A stretch of 64,000 bases of DNA from Phoronis australis. Taxonomy: Eukaryota; Animalia; Phoronida. Below the pieces are notes generated by a model. The model did not search any database. It worked only from the letters and a program-made list of their open reading frames with translations, and was not told where the DNA came from. Made by a program: the position numbers and the translations under genes. Each line of letters starts with the position of its first letter. The first letter of the stretch is position 1. The stretch spans positions 83,827 to 147,826 of the forward strand of contig NMRA01000401.1 in NCBI GenBank assembly GCA_002633005.1. The letters are read 5' to 3'. Positions 23,201 to 36,932 of the stretch are shown piece after piece.

Positions 23201-24612
23201 TAGGCCTAGTCTCGGAAGGGACCTTTAAAATTTCTCAGCCTTTTCCTATTTGGCATTGTATTTGCCAAACACTAAACGACACATTAAACTGTAAACTATG
23301 ACTTCGCGAATAAATGATAGTTTAAGTGAATGTAAGTGAATGGGTACTTTATGTTTTCACATTTCCATGTGAACCACAATGTACAGTGCACTGCGCGCAC
23401 TGTATATGCTATCTGCACTGAGCGCTTGCCTTTTGCTGGCAAAACTTGAATGCATGTGCACTGAAACCGGCGTAAAAACCAGGCAATTGGGAAAATTGCA
23501 TAATTGAATATATAAACATTTGTATAGACCGCCAAGCCGTCGTACATGAATATTGCTGAATACCATCGCTAACAAAGGCTGTCTGGCGTTACTGCCCCTT
23601 TCCTCAGCCGCTGCTAAACTAATCACGAATGAGCTGAGGATACCCGCGCTTAGGACCGTTTGTGTTGGATTTGCTGAAATCAAAATAAACTCTCCAACGG
23701 TGAAGACGCCCAATCCAAATATCATCTAGAGTTACCGCTGAAATTTAAGTGGGAACAGGTAATCCTTGGAGCGATTGCAGGAACAAATGAAAGTGTTGAA
23801 TCCAGCGAACCGACCCAGCGAACAACCACCGAACACCCAGATCTATATACGAGTTCATCCAGATTAGGCCTACCCAAACGGGTCAGTGATTGGTCACCCA
23901 CGTAATTTCGAAATGCAAGAAAAATACCAGTACAAAATCATTTAACGGTGAGGTTAAAAATTTAAAAAAACCAGTTTTATAAACGCTGAAGTCCCGTTTT
24001 ACTAAGAGTCACTTCAGGGAACTTCGAATCTACTCACTGGGGATCTTGTTCACCAGGGAAACCTATTAAAGCAATAGACCGGCATTGCAGATAGTTTCCC
24101 ACCAAAGCTTAGGTAAAGTCTGCTAATTAGGAACATCTATGGCTATACGGAACACCGCCAATAGCCGCCTGATTAGATTCATAAGAAATATTCCCAAATA
24201 CTGTGCTTTATGCACTTTTCGGTTCCAATACGCTATTATAATGGTTGTTTTTAAGTGCTCTAATTTTGTTTGAGAGGTTATCATCAAAAAGAACTTACAT
24301 GATTTAGACGAAAAAATCAAAAGTTAATTGTGATAAGAAGAACACGATAAGATAATTTAGATAACTATAACGGAGTTTATAAGATTCCGTCTTGGCATTG
24401 AAATGAGGACATATTATCTTTTATTTAATCAGATACAAATGTTCAAAACGAAACAAAGAGTAATTTATGAAAGAGTGTATAATTATACAAACATGAAAAA
24501 ATAATGAGTGCTATTTCTTTTCAATTAATGGCAGAACAACCTAACAAAGTATAAACCGCTAGAGGCTAGTTATGAAATTTGGTCGATTATGTTATTCAGT
24601 TGATACCGTTGT

Positions 24613-25548
24613 CATAGGCGGATTTAAGGGGGCCCCCAACCCCTTGGCTGCCGCAAAAAAATAAAACAGCAAGGGCGTAGGGAATTGTTGAGTTTATTAA
24701 TTAACCCCGGTAATTAAAATTATACGGATGAAACAAGATTTAAATGTGTGCAGGTTTAGTGTTTGGGGGGTGGGCTCAGATCCAATTTCAAGAGTCAAAT
24801 TCGGAACACGGCTTATTCGTAACGGAACTATGGCTAAGTATAGGCTCTCCCGCGATATACCAGCAGTGGCGCTGCCGCACTACGACTCCGTTTCCGTCGT
24901 CTGCTCCACTGTGCAATGAAGAAATTTTACTTCATTTTTTTAAAAGAAAATGGAACCTGAGTGACGATGGAAAAACAGAATCTGCTGGTAAGATATGAAT
25001 TTTAATCGAAGCCTTGGTGAAACACTCAGAAACTCATACTTGTCTCTTTGTCAAACCTCAAGACGATTTCTAAAGCAATACCGGCGTCATTATTGCCATC
25101 ACGAAAACGGATTTGGTCTTTTGGGCATTTGAAGACTATTTTGAATACAACAAATTTGCTAAGAACCGATTGCACAAATTATAAAACGTGTAATAAACAT
25201 TACAAAAGACGTAGGTTTCGCGCGCAAAAGCCGGGACCATAAACAAGTAGGTCGATCTCTTAGTATGCAGTTAATAGTTTAATCGTGGTGGTGTAGTGGT
25301 AAAGCACGCGTTCTTTGTGCGCCAGGTTGTGAATTCGAGTCTCTGGTACCTTGCAGTTTTTACTGTTTGACACGTTCAAGGAAAATGCTTGATTCTTAGA
25401 GGAAAAAACAGAAAACTTTCCTTGGCGGGAGGGGGGGGGTTTGCTTCACCCCATTCGGTGCTATGCGCATCTACAATCGTGGTTTGCGCAAATGCTTACA
25501 GCTGGACAAAATGTTGGCCCCCCTTGCGATATCCTAGATCCGCCACTG
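24613..25548 (+). mobile_element. Deleted hAT transposon with 5-bp TSD (hAT5-type) retaining a dimerization-domain relic
   Basis: Ends CATAGGCGGATTT...AGATCCGCCACTG; TSD GTTGT on both sides; 25048-25242 reads SNLKTISKAIPAS..R.WSFGHLKTILNTT, resembling hATC (IP.S..ERSFS.L..KT.LRST); internal tRNA-like A/B boxes at 25289-25341. Confidence 0.75.
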
Positions 25549-25879
25549 GTTGTTTTGTTATCAATATGTATCTTGTACTTGCTACATTTTACCAAGAAAA
25601 AGACGTCGGTGGACGCTTGAAACAATTAGCAACTCGAGTCGAAAATTAAATTTTTCAGGCTTTCCAATTTCATAAAATATATACTTTTACTGATTAAAAC
25701 TCTATTGGTTCGTAGATATTTGGGCTAAATGCATATACATGTCAATAAGGTCCAACATAATCTAAAAACTCCCCTACGACTTGATTTATGGTCTTCGCCC
25801 GAGGCCACTGAGCTACGCCCTTTTACTGAGTGACCTGCTTTCATAAAAGCGCCTACTTTGAAAAGTAGGTCAACATATA

Positions 25880-25999
25880 TGGGTCACGTAGACACGGAGG
25901 TGAAGGTGCGAATGCGGTCGCAGGTTTTCCTTTGAAACAAACATATTGTATGGTTACAAACTCGTCCATCTTATTACAATATTCAGATATATAGTTCAG
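25880..25999 (+). promoter_or_regulatory. Candidate promoter and non-coding first exon (possibly of the TMEM45 gene)
   Basis: Locally CpG-rich, GGTCACGT box, consensus donor CAG|GTAAGT at 25999/26000; link to TMEM45 is unproven. Confidence 0.35.
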
Positions 26000-27417
26000 G
26001 TAAGTATACGTGTTCTGTTTTTGTATAATAGTGACTTTGGTACACGGTATCTATGCACTCTTGACGAGGGCGTCGATTACACAATTCCACAACAACGATG
26101 TACTATAGCCTAGGCCTACGATAGCCTACAGGATTACGCTAAGGGGAATAGAATGGGTCGTTCCCTTCACTGTCACGGACGATGGTTACTTGTCTGCAGT
26201 ACCGGTCCATTGGGCCCACTCACCATCGGTTATGAAGCTGGGGAACAAAGTTGCCACAAACTTACTGATTAAAATTATTCACCGAATAATTCACTGATAA
26301 ATATTTGACTTTGGTCGGGTCCAATTCGAACTGAGTGGTCACACGTGCCCAGCTATGTGTGAATTTAATACCAGCCATCTGGCAAATTTTATTCATCTCC
26401 TGGGGTATTAAGTTTGCAATTCTATACTGTGCACAGCCATAACAACAGGTTTTTGATGTTCTATTTTCTTTTCGTGTTTTTTATAACACAGTCTATTTTG
26501 TGTCATGATAACAGCACAGACCTCTTAGCCAGAAGGCCAATATTTCAAACACAGTATGTACATCCAGGATGATCCAGGGCTTTCAATCCCTCAGTTTTGA
26601 GGGCTCAACATTGGCCCCATTCCCCACTGAAAAACGTTGAAAAAGCACGCGAAATTTTCTTTATGAGGCCCAAACATTCCCCTCAAGTGATTGATCCCTC
26701 AATGTTCAAATCCCTTGTAACTCACACAGGTGGCAATGTGAAAGACCATCAAAAGTTAGTTTTGGCTACTTGAGGCAGAGCCTGTGAGGGGTTGCAACAG
26801 GGTTGAGGTGTGCTATTGATGGTGATTGGGAAGGGGAGAATTCTCCCCTCACCTAAACACTGGGTATGTAGTGAATGCGTCAACGATTCTAATATATCAT
26901 GTAAGTTGCGTTGCGTTAACATGGTTAAAGCAACACTCAACAGGTACACTTACATAATTGTCTTCGCCGGGTCTCCCGAATAAGACATCTGATTGGTTCT
27001 CAATGACGACTTCCGCATTACAAACCAATCAGATGTCTTAGCTTGTTGTCCCGACATTTTCATCGCAACTGTCTTTAGCAGATGAAATACTAGTTCATCT
27101 TAAAATTATAAAGCCATAGGAAGGTTAGAGACATAATCTCTACACACCTGTAGTGTTTCTGCTGTTTTACTGTACAAGAAGTCGAAAACAAATTTAACTG
27201 TAGAATTCAGATCACACCTGTGCAATATTTAACAATTCAGTACGTGTAGCGTACAAAGCGATTACAAAGTAGTCCAGAGCACATCAAAACAAAATTAAAA
27301 AAAATGATCACAGTGTGATATGAATGAATTGTGCAACTGAAGGGACTTTGCAAGGACAAGTTCTTATGATGAACATCTATTGTGTATTGGGCAACCCTTG
27401 AGTAGGATCCCATGGAC

Positions 27418-27590
27418 TAACTGACCTGTCGCAAGCTCTGCCCCCTTACGAAAAGTCGACAAACAAACAATAAGTTTTAACCGACATGTTGTTTGTCAGG
27501 TAAATTGGCGGCTTGGAAACGAAGGTGTGTCAAGAGTACTGCGTTCGGATTGGTCAGTCATGACTCAAAATCCTGGCAATAGGTTAATTA
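27418..27590. mobile_element. About 180-bp MITE, copy 2
   Basis: Colinear with 8606-8786. Confidence 0.7.
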
Positions 27591-27592
27591 TA

Positions 27593-28074
27593 AGCCCTTT
27601 TTGTATTAACTTTGTCGCGTCGATGCTTTGGGAAGTTGCAGTCTGTTTGAATGGTTAACTTTGGTCCTAGATCAAAGTTAACCAGCACCAGTTAACTTTG
27701 CAGTAAACAGGTGGATTTAACAGCAGAGCGGTGCGGTGTTAACAGTCAACTAAGGTCCCAGCGAAGATTAATCGCCAGGGGCCACTGCTCTCGTCAACAA
27801 TTAAAGGACAGTGTTGTTGCTAATATTTTGCTGCAATAATCACCAATCAAATTAGAAAAAAGTTTTATGTCAATTAGCACATATAACTGTTCTCAAATTG
27901 TCACAGTAAAAAAATCAGCACTACCTTAATTGTGATCACTTCAATGATGACAGCATCTCCCAGTGTCTACCTTAATGCCATTAACTACCGAAGCTGGTAT
28001 GAACGATTCAAATAACTTCGCAATTCACGTTGACTCTTCACTCATACTGGAGTTGAGTTAGTGTGAAAGGGCCT
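27593..28074. mobile_element. Harbinger/Tourist-like MITE, copy 1
   Basis: Ends AGCCCTTT...AGTGTGAAAGGGCCT followed by TAA; interior matches the reverse complement of 36933-37442. Confidence 0.7.
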
Positions 28075-30988
28075 TAATTTGCTGTCAGAGCCTTTCCTAC
28101 TATTCAAATAAAATGGCACCATTCTTGATCCTGTGGTAGTTAACACCAACCTATTTGTCACAAGTCAAAAACTGGCAAACGAGGCATGCCATACCCTCAC
28201 TTACAACTGAATTTCGCTCTTAGCTGACTGAAAATCAAAAATCAGATTGGGCCTTTTGCACTCATAAAATCAGTTCAACCTAGCATAATCCACAACGGGT
28301 AGCAATTCAGTAGGCCTACTCTTGTTTGGTTAACAGAATGGAGTATATTAAGGTTGCTTGATGAGTCGATCTTGTTGCCGAATATCGGTCTGACTGACTT
28401 CTCTGAAAAACATTTAAAAATCATCCGAAATTCTCTTCATCAGGCAAAGAATTCCTTCCATAAAAAAATTTCTTGCAGACCTTCCACTTTGTAAAGTGTC
28501 ATTAACTGCAATAATGCTCATTTACACAGGTATGCCTTTCCAGAGGTGACAGCGTGGGAGGAACTTTGCCCTCGCCTGAAAAAATTCCCATCCCAGAAAA
28601 CACAGGCACTTTTCCCCTCATGTGACTAAAGGCCCTGAGATTAGACTGTTGTACATGACTTGCTCAGCTATTCAGTCAAGAAGTCAGAATCTGAGCTTGT
28701 TAGTACGTATCCTACAGCATTGTATTCCCTTGGTATTGCTACCATACGTAGTTACACGTTATGTTACTTAGGATTTGACTTCTCTTTGGCTTCACTCATG
28801 GCCTATCATAATAAGATGACATCATTTGCACCCTCCGTTGGGGGTTAATTTTGAAATTAGGCACCGACATTATGACTTGTATTGCTTGTCATATTTACGG
28901 ACTGAGGCTCCACCTCAGAGTACTAGTACTAATATATCAAATGTCTTTCCACTTGGAGGCACTGGGGAGTCCTCGGTCAACAGGAGGTTGCAACTCAATT
29001 TCCAGTGCTCTACTGGATTAGAAACTATGTACGGATGCACTGAAATAATGAGGAATGTGTTATAAACCTAGATGAGTTTTCATTTAAGCCACCAACACGG
29101 TTGTGCAATTTGTCTCAATTTATTCTTTGTGAGATTAGAAGGGATTTCTGTTCTTTGAAAGAATTAATCTACAGCGTTTCGGGGATTTCTTTATGTAAGC
29201 GGGCTTTACGAAATGGTGGCGACATGATCTCCTGGTGTTGCCCTTTAGTTTATTTTCTCCTGATTTTAATTGAAATGCTCAAGTCTGCATGCTGTTACTG
29301 ACGGAGTTAATCCTTGTGGGCCAGACTGGAAGAGTCTGGTATGGTAATTTGTTTTTGATGGTGGTTGGAGGGGTCCCCGCCTATGAGTAAAGAGATCAGG
29401 TGTTAAAGGTAGGTGTTCAATATTATTTTGAGTTAAGGGGATGTTAAACCCTGTTTTGGTGATTTCATCCAACCTTCGTTCTGTTGCCTGCTGATGCATC
29501 GTTGGTGTTCAATGTTAGTGATAACAGCAGGATTTAACCAAAAACTCACACTCTATGCCAAAGACTAGATATTATGCTTCTTGGTATGTGGTCAATCTCT
29601 ACAGTTGTGTTGTAACTCGCCTAAGGTATGGTCACGAACCAGGGGAACTGTTCTGAGAGACTGGTTACTCAATGTACACCAAGCTCCAATACAACACCTC
29701 AAAGGGCCTTTCAGTTCCTATGAGTCAAACATGTAACACTTTCACAATTGCTAGTTATTGTTCATCCTGTTTATGGGTTACCTAACCTGTGGTCAAATGG
29801 AGTCTGAAAAGAACTGGGGTTAACTTGATCATCCTAAGTCTCCATTTTCCAATATACCATGAAATTTGCCTTGTCACTAGATGGCAGCAGGGTACAGCTA
29901 GTTTCAAAATAAGCTGGATAACGTCAAAATTTGGCAATGTTTGAAACCACAAAGCCACAACTAAATATACCTCTTTGTTTGACTAGAACCTTTTTCAATT
30001 CTGGCTAATTTTGGAAAAATATGTACAAGTATTGACCCTCACTTACTTTGTAGAAATCACGACCAAGTGATGATAAATGTCGTATTGCGAAAAGTATTAC
30101 AAAACTCTCAAATAATTCTGCTAAAGTTTGTCATTGTTTGGAGTAGTTCTGTTGAAATCTGTCTCGCTTACTAAATCTTGAGAAATTCTGTAAGTGGTGG
30201 ACAAAATTCTGCATTCTTGTCTGAATTCAATTCACAGAGATGTTTTATGTTTTTGGCGAATTCTTTTTAAGCAACATGCTGTCAAACTGTCACTATAAGT
30301 TGTGCTGTAGGATGTTCAATGGATTCACACGCAATTGTGCAATATCTCAAAATGTCTTTGAATGAAAAAAGTGGTGTTTCGTCCCTGTCAATTCTACTTT
30401 GATTTTGTAAACAGAATTAGAATTGGGTCAAGCGAAAGATGCTTTTGTGCATTCATAATACAAAAGAGTGACGAATGTTTCATATTGCATGCTAGATGAA
30501 AAATCAATGTTAATCATTCCATAAAAGTACAGGAAAGTCACAAAAATGTATCACATCGTTTATTTGTTGCTACTTAAATGTTATAAGAAAGAAAAAAAAT
30601 GTTTGCCATACTGTGTTATATATTGGTGAGTTTTTACCACGAAAATTCACGAATGTAGTCCCCAAAGGCATCTTTGGCTGATGAATCTGTTGTTGTGTGT
30701 TACTGATTGTGTTATCATTGCCCTAGATTTGGCTGCATTGCCTAGTCATCCTCTTATCATTCAATCATTGATTGAGAATTACACTTCTATGGACATGTAC
30801 GTTTCTTTCATCACGTTCATACTTAAGGTTATGAAGGAACCTAGAAAATGCCCATGTCAGCTCACTTCGAAGCAATCACATCTTGGATTGTGGCTGATCG
30901 GATTCGGATAAAAGTTTCAGATGTTATGCTTTATGCACTGTTCTTAAAAATCCCGTGAGGAATCGTTTTTAAAGTTTTCCACTTTTAC

Positions 30989-31311
30989 TTAAGGGGGTAT
31001 AAAAAATAGGAGTTTATGATTTCCATGAAAAAACTTGCATAAATAGAAACAAAATAGAAAACTAAGCGTTTTTGAGATTTCATCTTGAGCATTTGTGTCA
31101 GATGAGATTGTTATTGATGCTAATGTTTTATTATGAATTATTTTTCTTTTTATGCTAAATTGTATTAAAAAGACATGGTCGCATGACCTAATTTGTAACA
31201 GATTGGTAAAATGTCAAAAAAAAACAAATTCTACAGGCTTTCTACTTTTAGAAAATATATATTTTTACTGAGTTAAAATTTATATAATGGCTAAATACAG
31301 ATTTTCCCTTA
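30989..31311. mobile_element. Kolobok-like MITE (TTAA-GGG...CCC-TTAA)
   Basis: TTAA-flanked; interior (GAAAACTAAG..TTTTTGAGAT..CATCTTGAGC..ATGGTC.CATGACCTAATT) is shared with 62761-63010. Confidence 0.6.
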
Positions 31312-31837
31312 AGGTCCTAAATTAATCTTAACATCTGAGAGTTCAGCTACCGATTAGAGAGTCCTACAGCACAATATCTGAAGGCCAAAAGTGGTTACCT
31401 TGACAACAGTATGCATGTCCAATTTGCAGTAGAGTGCCTGTAAGCAAAAGTAATTGATAAAATGCCACTATTGCTGTGTAAAGTTCTACAAATGAACTTT
31501 ATTTGAAAAACTAAAAACGATGTGAATAACTGTGATAAAACTTTCAAGTTCATATATCCTTAAAATAATTTGATTTTGAACTAAAGTACTAATTGCATTA
31601 ATTGCTATTTTTTCAAATTTTCATAAACCTTGCCAATTTGCTGCAAAAATCTGGAAGTTTTTACCAAATGCTACATAGTCTATAGCAGCTGTACAACGCT
31701 CCTTACTTACTCAGATGGTATTCGTAGGGGGCTGTTTCTGTTGGACTTATTGACTTCCCTTTGTCGACATCACCGCAAGGATTCTCGTATGTTTTTCTGT
31801 TCAGACCCTTATTTAATGCAACTACTTTCGGGTGTTT

Positions 31838-31932
31838 GTCGAGTGGGGTTAAGGTCCACTGACAGAGCATTACACTGCAACTGGGGGTTGCTGGTTCGAT
31901 TCCGCGGTTAGACTAGGCACAGAAAATCACAT
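31838..31932 (+). mobile_element. Degenerate tRNA-derived SINE head
   Basis: A-box-like TGTCGAGTGG and B box GGTTCGATTCC. Confidence 0.4.
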
Positions 31933-33803
31933 TTTGTGCCATTAATGCCCCTTTTTAAAGTAAATTTCATGTTATGTTTCAATGTTTTGCCTTCTACTTC
32001 CCATTAATACTATTTTTTCTCACACTACATCAGTGTTGTTGTTTCATGCCATCCATTCCTTTCCCGCATTTTCTGTGCTCGAACAAGTTTGTAAACCGTC
32101 GTGTCATGCAGCTCGGTTTCTTTGTTCTGATCTGATGGCAAATGCACGGTCAAGTGCACAACGATACCTCTGTATTGTGTTCAGTTGGTGGTATACGTGC
32201 ACATTTTACCTGCACGCAGTCATTATTGATTAGTTTTGGATTTAAAGCAAACTGCTTGCTAGATGAATAGCTATAAAAAACAAATAAAGCTGACGCAGTA
32301 GGCTGTGTTAGAACTTTAACTTGGAAATGAGCCGCAATTTATGATGACCGAAGCATTCTTTACAAACTGAAGAAATACAACACAGATACTAGGGAAATCT
32401 CACCCAATGTCACACAAACATTATTGCCAAAGTTGCTCTTTTTTCATTTTTTCTGGGACTTCTGAGAATGCTGTGAATGCTCAGAATTTTTTACAATGTT
32501 GTTTGCTGTCAACTTATGTTACAACACTTCACCACGGCAAAGCATTATTATGTATCTTGTGTAAAATAAAGAGAACAAAACTTCAATTGTTCACCATATT
32601 GTTTTCTGAATTGGTGAGTTGTTAATTTAAAACTAAACTCTCATTGTTGAGAGGTTTGCTTGCAGTCTACTCAAAGCACCATCTCCATGGTATTGTTGTA
32701 TTTGATTATGACACATAAATATGTCAATTTTCCGTGATAAAAGTCTATATGCTATGTGCTATACAACAATTCAACCTATTCACCAGGCAAGGCTGAAGGT
32801 ACCTTGTATGGTGCATTCTGGGAAATACAATTTAACTGGACGAAGAGAAGTTTACCTAAGGTATACTTACATTTTAGAATGCAGCTTGCTAAAATTGAAA
32901 GTGGTTATGCTTTGATTGTTTAATTCTTTCCCACTGATTTTGCAGTTTTCAGATTTATGCTTAATTTTAGCCAAAACTGGGAATGTATTTATTTCAAAGA
33001 CTATGTTATGTTGCAGCTGCTGAATTATCAAAATTTTTATGTGTGTATCACAAACCGCATGCAAAATTAAGAGAAATTTCTTTATATTTTTGATGTGGAA
33101 TTTGACAACATAGAATTCTACTAGTTTGTTGTTGTATTATAAATTGAAACTGTTTTTTTCTGACCTTGTTTATCAAGCTTGATTTATTTAAATGATTCTT
33201 GTATCTGTTACGTCTCGTTTTGTATATGCAACTATAGATTACATCTGTTATGAAGAAGTTTGAGTTGATGAATGGTAGTTTGATTATTCTGATATAGGGA
33301 AGCCATACAGATTTCTGGATAGAAACATCAGTAAGGTATACATGTTCTGTGAAACCTTAAGTATATTAATCTGTCAACATTTTCCCTCGTTAAACTGTAC
33401 AGCTATTAAAATTTGACTTGAACTCCTTAATTACTCTTAGCGACCTCTTTCACAAGGCATTCTTAGACGCTTTGGCATCAAAAAATCCAAGATATGGCTA
33501 TCTTCGCTGATAAAACACGTTCCTGGTTGCTGTTTGCCTTTAAGTTATCAACTGAATACCAACAATTGTTAATTTCCGTGGAGATAAAAGTCTCTCTGAT
33601 GTGTTTGGCACACCTTGTACAAAGATTATTTATTAGGCAAAAACAAGCGCTATTTTTTATGCCTGTTGCACTGTTGTTCTTCACATACAAAATAAAAGGG
33701 TGTGCATTGCTGTCATCTCTGTCTCAGTGGATACGTTCCACCAGGTGTCTATCATCCATGGATGCACCTGTCTGAAGTCCCCGTGGAAATCTGCTTTGTA
33801 AAA

Positions 33804-34015
33804 GGAGACAGTGTGACTCAGTGGTTTGAGCTCCGCACTCCTGTTTGGTAGATCTGGGTTCGAATCCTGGCTTCACTGACTGACAATCGAGTCTTGCACA
33901 AATGCGTCCCCTACTCCTCTGAGCTCAGTCTTGCTAATGAATGTATGCAAGGCAGTGAATGAGAACGCGGATGTAACGCCAAAGCGATTTCTGGGACTGT
34001 GCTCATATAAAAAGA
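33804..34015 (+). mobile_element. tRNA-derived SINE with CORE-like body and LINE-like tail
   Basis: A box TGACTCAGTGG; B box GGTTCGAATCC; body GTCTTGCACAA..CCTCTGAGCTCAGT; tail AAAGCG...GTGCTCATATAAAA. Confidence 0.6.
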
Positions 34016-36932
34016 TATATAAAAAGTGGCTTTGAAGATTTAAATCAGAAATTTGGTCTTGCAATCCCACTTCACATTGACTTAGTGAAGGTTTAGTTTA
34101 GAAATTCTTAGCACGTCATAACCTGTTAATAATTTAATTATTTACAATTTGTTTTTTGATAACCAACAGTTATAGGTACATTCTTGAAGGCGTTGTACTT
34201 TTGCTAAGGTTAGATTAGATTATTTTTCATGAATAATGTGTGTAGTATAATAACAAATTTTTGGCTTGAGTCTTCAGTCACTTAATGAAACAGACCGGCC
34301 ATCATCGTGAACTCTGGTGGATTTGTTTCTTGTCAACTAGATTGTAGTGAATGGTGATTTTATTTAAATCTGATTACCGTTGTACCCTCCTGTGACAATT
34401 ATATTTTTAGACCTGCCTGCACATCTATCATAATATGTTCTTTGGTGGATCTTCGTGCAGTTTGACAGTTGTGCAACAAGAAAGCACCTTGCTGATGGAC
34501 TGATATGCCCTGGTGCTTTGCACTGTGGTAGAAATTTTAAGGGATTAATACTTTTGACGCCAGCCTTTTACCTGCCAAATTCTTTTAAAAAGGATTTTCC
34601 TAAAATCTGTCTGATGTGTGTTCCCATTGAGAACTGACTTTGCGACAGGTCTGACTACCACTGTACCCTATAGTCGGTTATAATGGCACTTTAATGATAT
34701 GGTGTCGTTAGCACATTTTCTTCAGTTTTTTGTGTGTGTCATTGCATGTGAAATTACTCCCAGAATCATGCCAGTTTTTTGCCAAATGGGATTTAAAAGA
34801 ACACTATTGGTTTTATGGCCAAAAACACATTTTTGGATTTATTTTTGGATGGGATAGTCTTCTTGAAGTTAGTAGCTTTTAACAGAGCTATACGTCATCA
34901 ACATCCATTGTGATTTTAGTATTCCCGTTGTTGTCTCGTAAGCATTCACTGGAATCAAGACCAGTGACTTTACTAGTTTAATACTTTTAAAATGCTCTGC
35001 CATCTATTGGTAGTTGTTTAGCTCCATCAGCAGAGGGTATCCTCACTGAAGCTGGTCTCAGAAATCCCTTTGTACGCTGATCTGGTATTGTCTCTTTAGC
35101 TGTATTTACTTTTGTTCATTGTTGAAAGGTACGGTCGAGTGGTTCTCGTGGCAGTGTGAGTTAGCGCGAGATTTTGTGAGAGCGTCATATTGCATTGATT
35201 AGAGATGCGCCACCTGCAGGACAGTGAAGTGCACTCGATTGTCCCACTTACTTCGTTAAAAAAACTGCCAAAATTGTCACGTTTCAAAGGCTGGTTACTT
35301 TATTGCAAGTAATAGATCATTTACGAAAAATTTTTCATGAAAGCTGCACACTACAAACCATGAAGTAATAGACTAATTTTCTTAATCTCTATTTTTGTGG
35401 AGAAATACGTTTTGGTAATTAAGGTTTGCAAAACAAAACCAATCAACAATGTCTGTGTTGAAAGCTCATAGACATGCAGTTTTTGAATTTGTCTTGGATT
35501 TACAGTGCTGTGACTTGGTTAAGGTTTCGACACAGCTACAAACGATCAGTTTGTTATCTTCCCTGAAGCTTATTGTGGAGCAAGTTGTACCAGTATGTTG
35601 TGTTATCTATCTTTGAAGCCCATCCTCATTGATAGCTCCTTATCATCCTTCTTCGCCGCTATAGTGACCCATTCTTAAGTTGAACCAGACAAAATACCTG
35701 CAGATATTTGACCTTATTTGGTCATAAAATTTGAACTTTTAAGTTTTATCATTCACTGGTTATGGTATTTCTTTGCAATCAATGGTGGTATGGATATAGT
35801 ACTAGAGAAGTATGTCAAGGTAATTTTTCACTTCTTTCTCCCCAAAAAATTCCCAAAATTGCCGTGTTTCCATTTTCCAAAGGTTGACCACCTTGCTGCA
35901 AGCAATGGAAGTTTTATGGCATCCACACCTTATAAGAATGGACTAACATTTTCTTGAAGTTTATTTTTATCAAGAAATTCGACAAAATACATTTGCATTT
36001 GTCGCCATGTTGTGGGCTAAACATGTGAAAAGTTTCCATAGTGACTGCTATGACCTGATGACCTTTAGAAGTTAAGGTTATGTGGGATACCAAATATGGT
36101 AAAAACTCTCCAGTTTGGGACAGTGTCTAGAATTGAGACATGGAAACTCCCACGGAAATTGAAATTGATTTTGGCATTTACCATAATTTTCAAATTTCGG
36201 ACAATGTGTTTTCAATCTACAGAGTGGGTAACTTTGCAGTTTTCGGTGATTCTTGAATTTGGGATGACTATTTAATATTGCCTGTTGAATTTGGGACAAG
36301 CTCTGACCTTGAGCAAAATAATTATTTTTTCACTGCCCTAAATTGGAGAATTTTTGCGGTTTCTTATCTCTTCAATATCTTTTTAAATATTGATAGTAGA
36401 CACGTCAAACAATGTTATTTCTAGCATCATTTATGAACACAGAATCTTATTGTGTTCGTTAAAGCAATGCCCAGGTGTTTGTAACATGACTGTTTGTGGT
36501 TTTTATGGAGATTGCCATATTTTCCACTAACACATTTTTTACACAAAACTTGGAAATTGTGCTTCACTGTGTTGTTAGCTGAAAAAAATGTTTCTGGGAT
36601 TTTCTTTTAAGGGCTTTTATGACTCTGATGTCAGTAATGAAGACGTCAATATTTCTTGAAATGAATGGAATTCTTCATTTTTGACAACCGATCTTTCTGG
36701 TTAAAAGATCTTGAATGCGAGATCGAGGTTCTTGTTTAGCCAGAAATATGGAAAATCTGACAACGTAAATCTTTTGCTTGGAAATCATTTCACACAAGCC
36801 ACCCAATACAGTGACAAATACAACAGTGATTACAGTCAGTAAAGGTGTGACAAAACTCCAGGAGATGGCCTTTGAGTTGACCCCAAGAGGTCACGATGTG
36901 CCACAGGTTAAGTGATGTTTTTGATAGTTGCA

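Noticed and set aside
23357-23725. 122-aa minus-strand ORF
   Set aside because: No recognisable domain and no supporting exon chain.
26575-28637. CAGGGCTTT...AAGGCCCTG as ends of a 2-kb hAT element
   Set aside because: Short imperfect TIR and no matching TSD.
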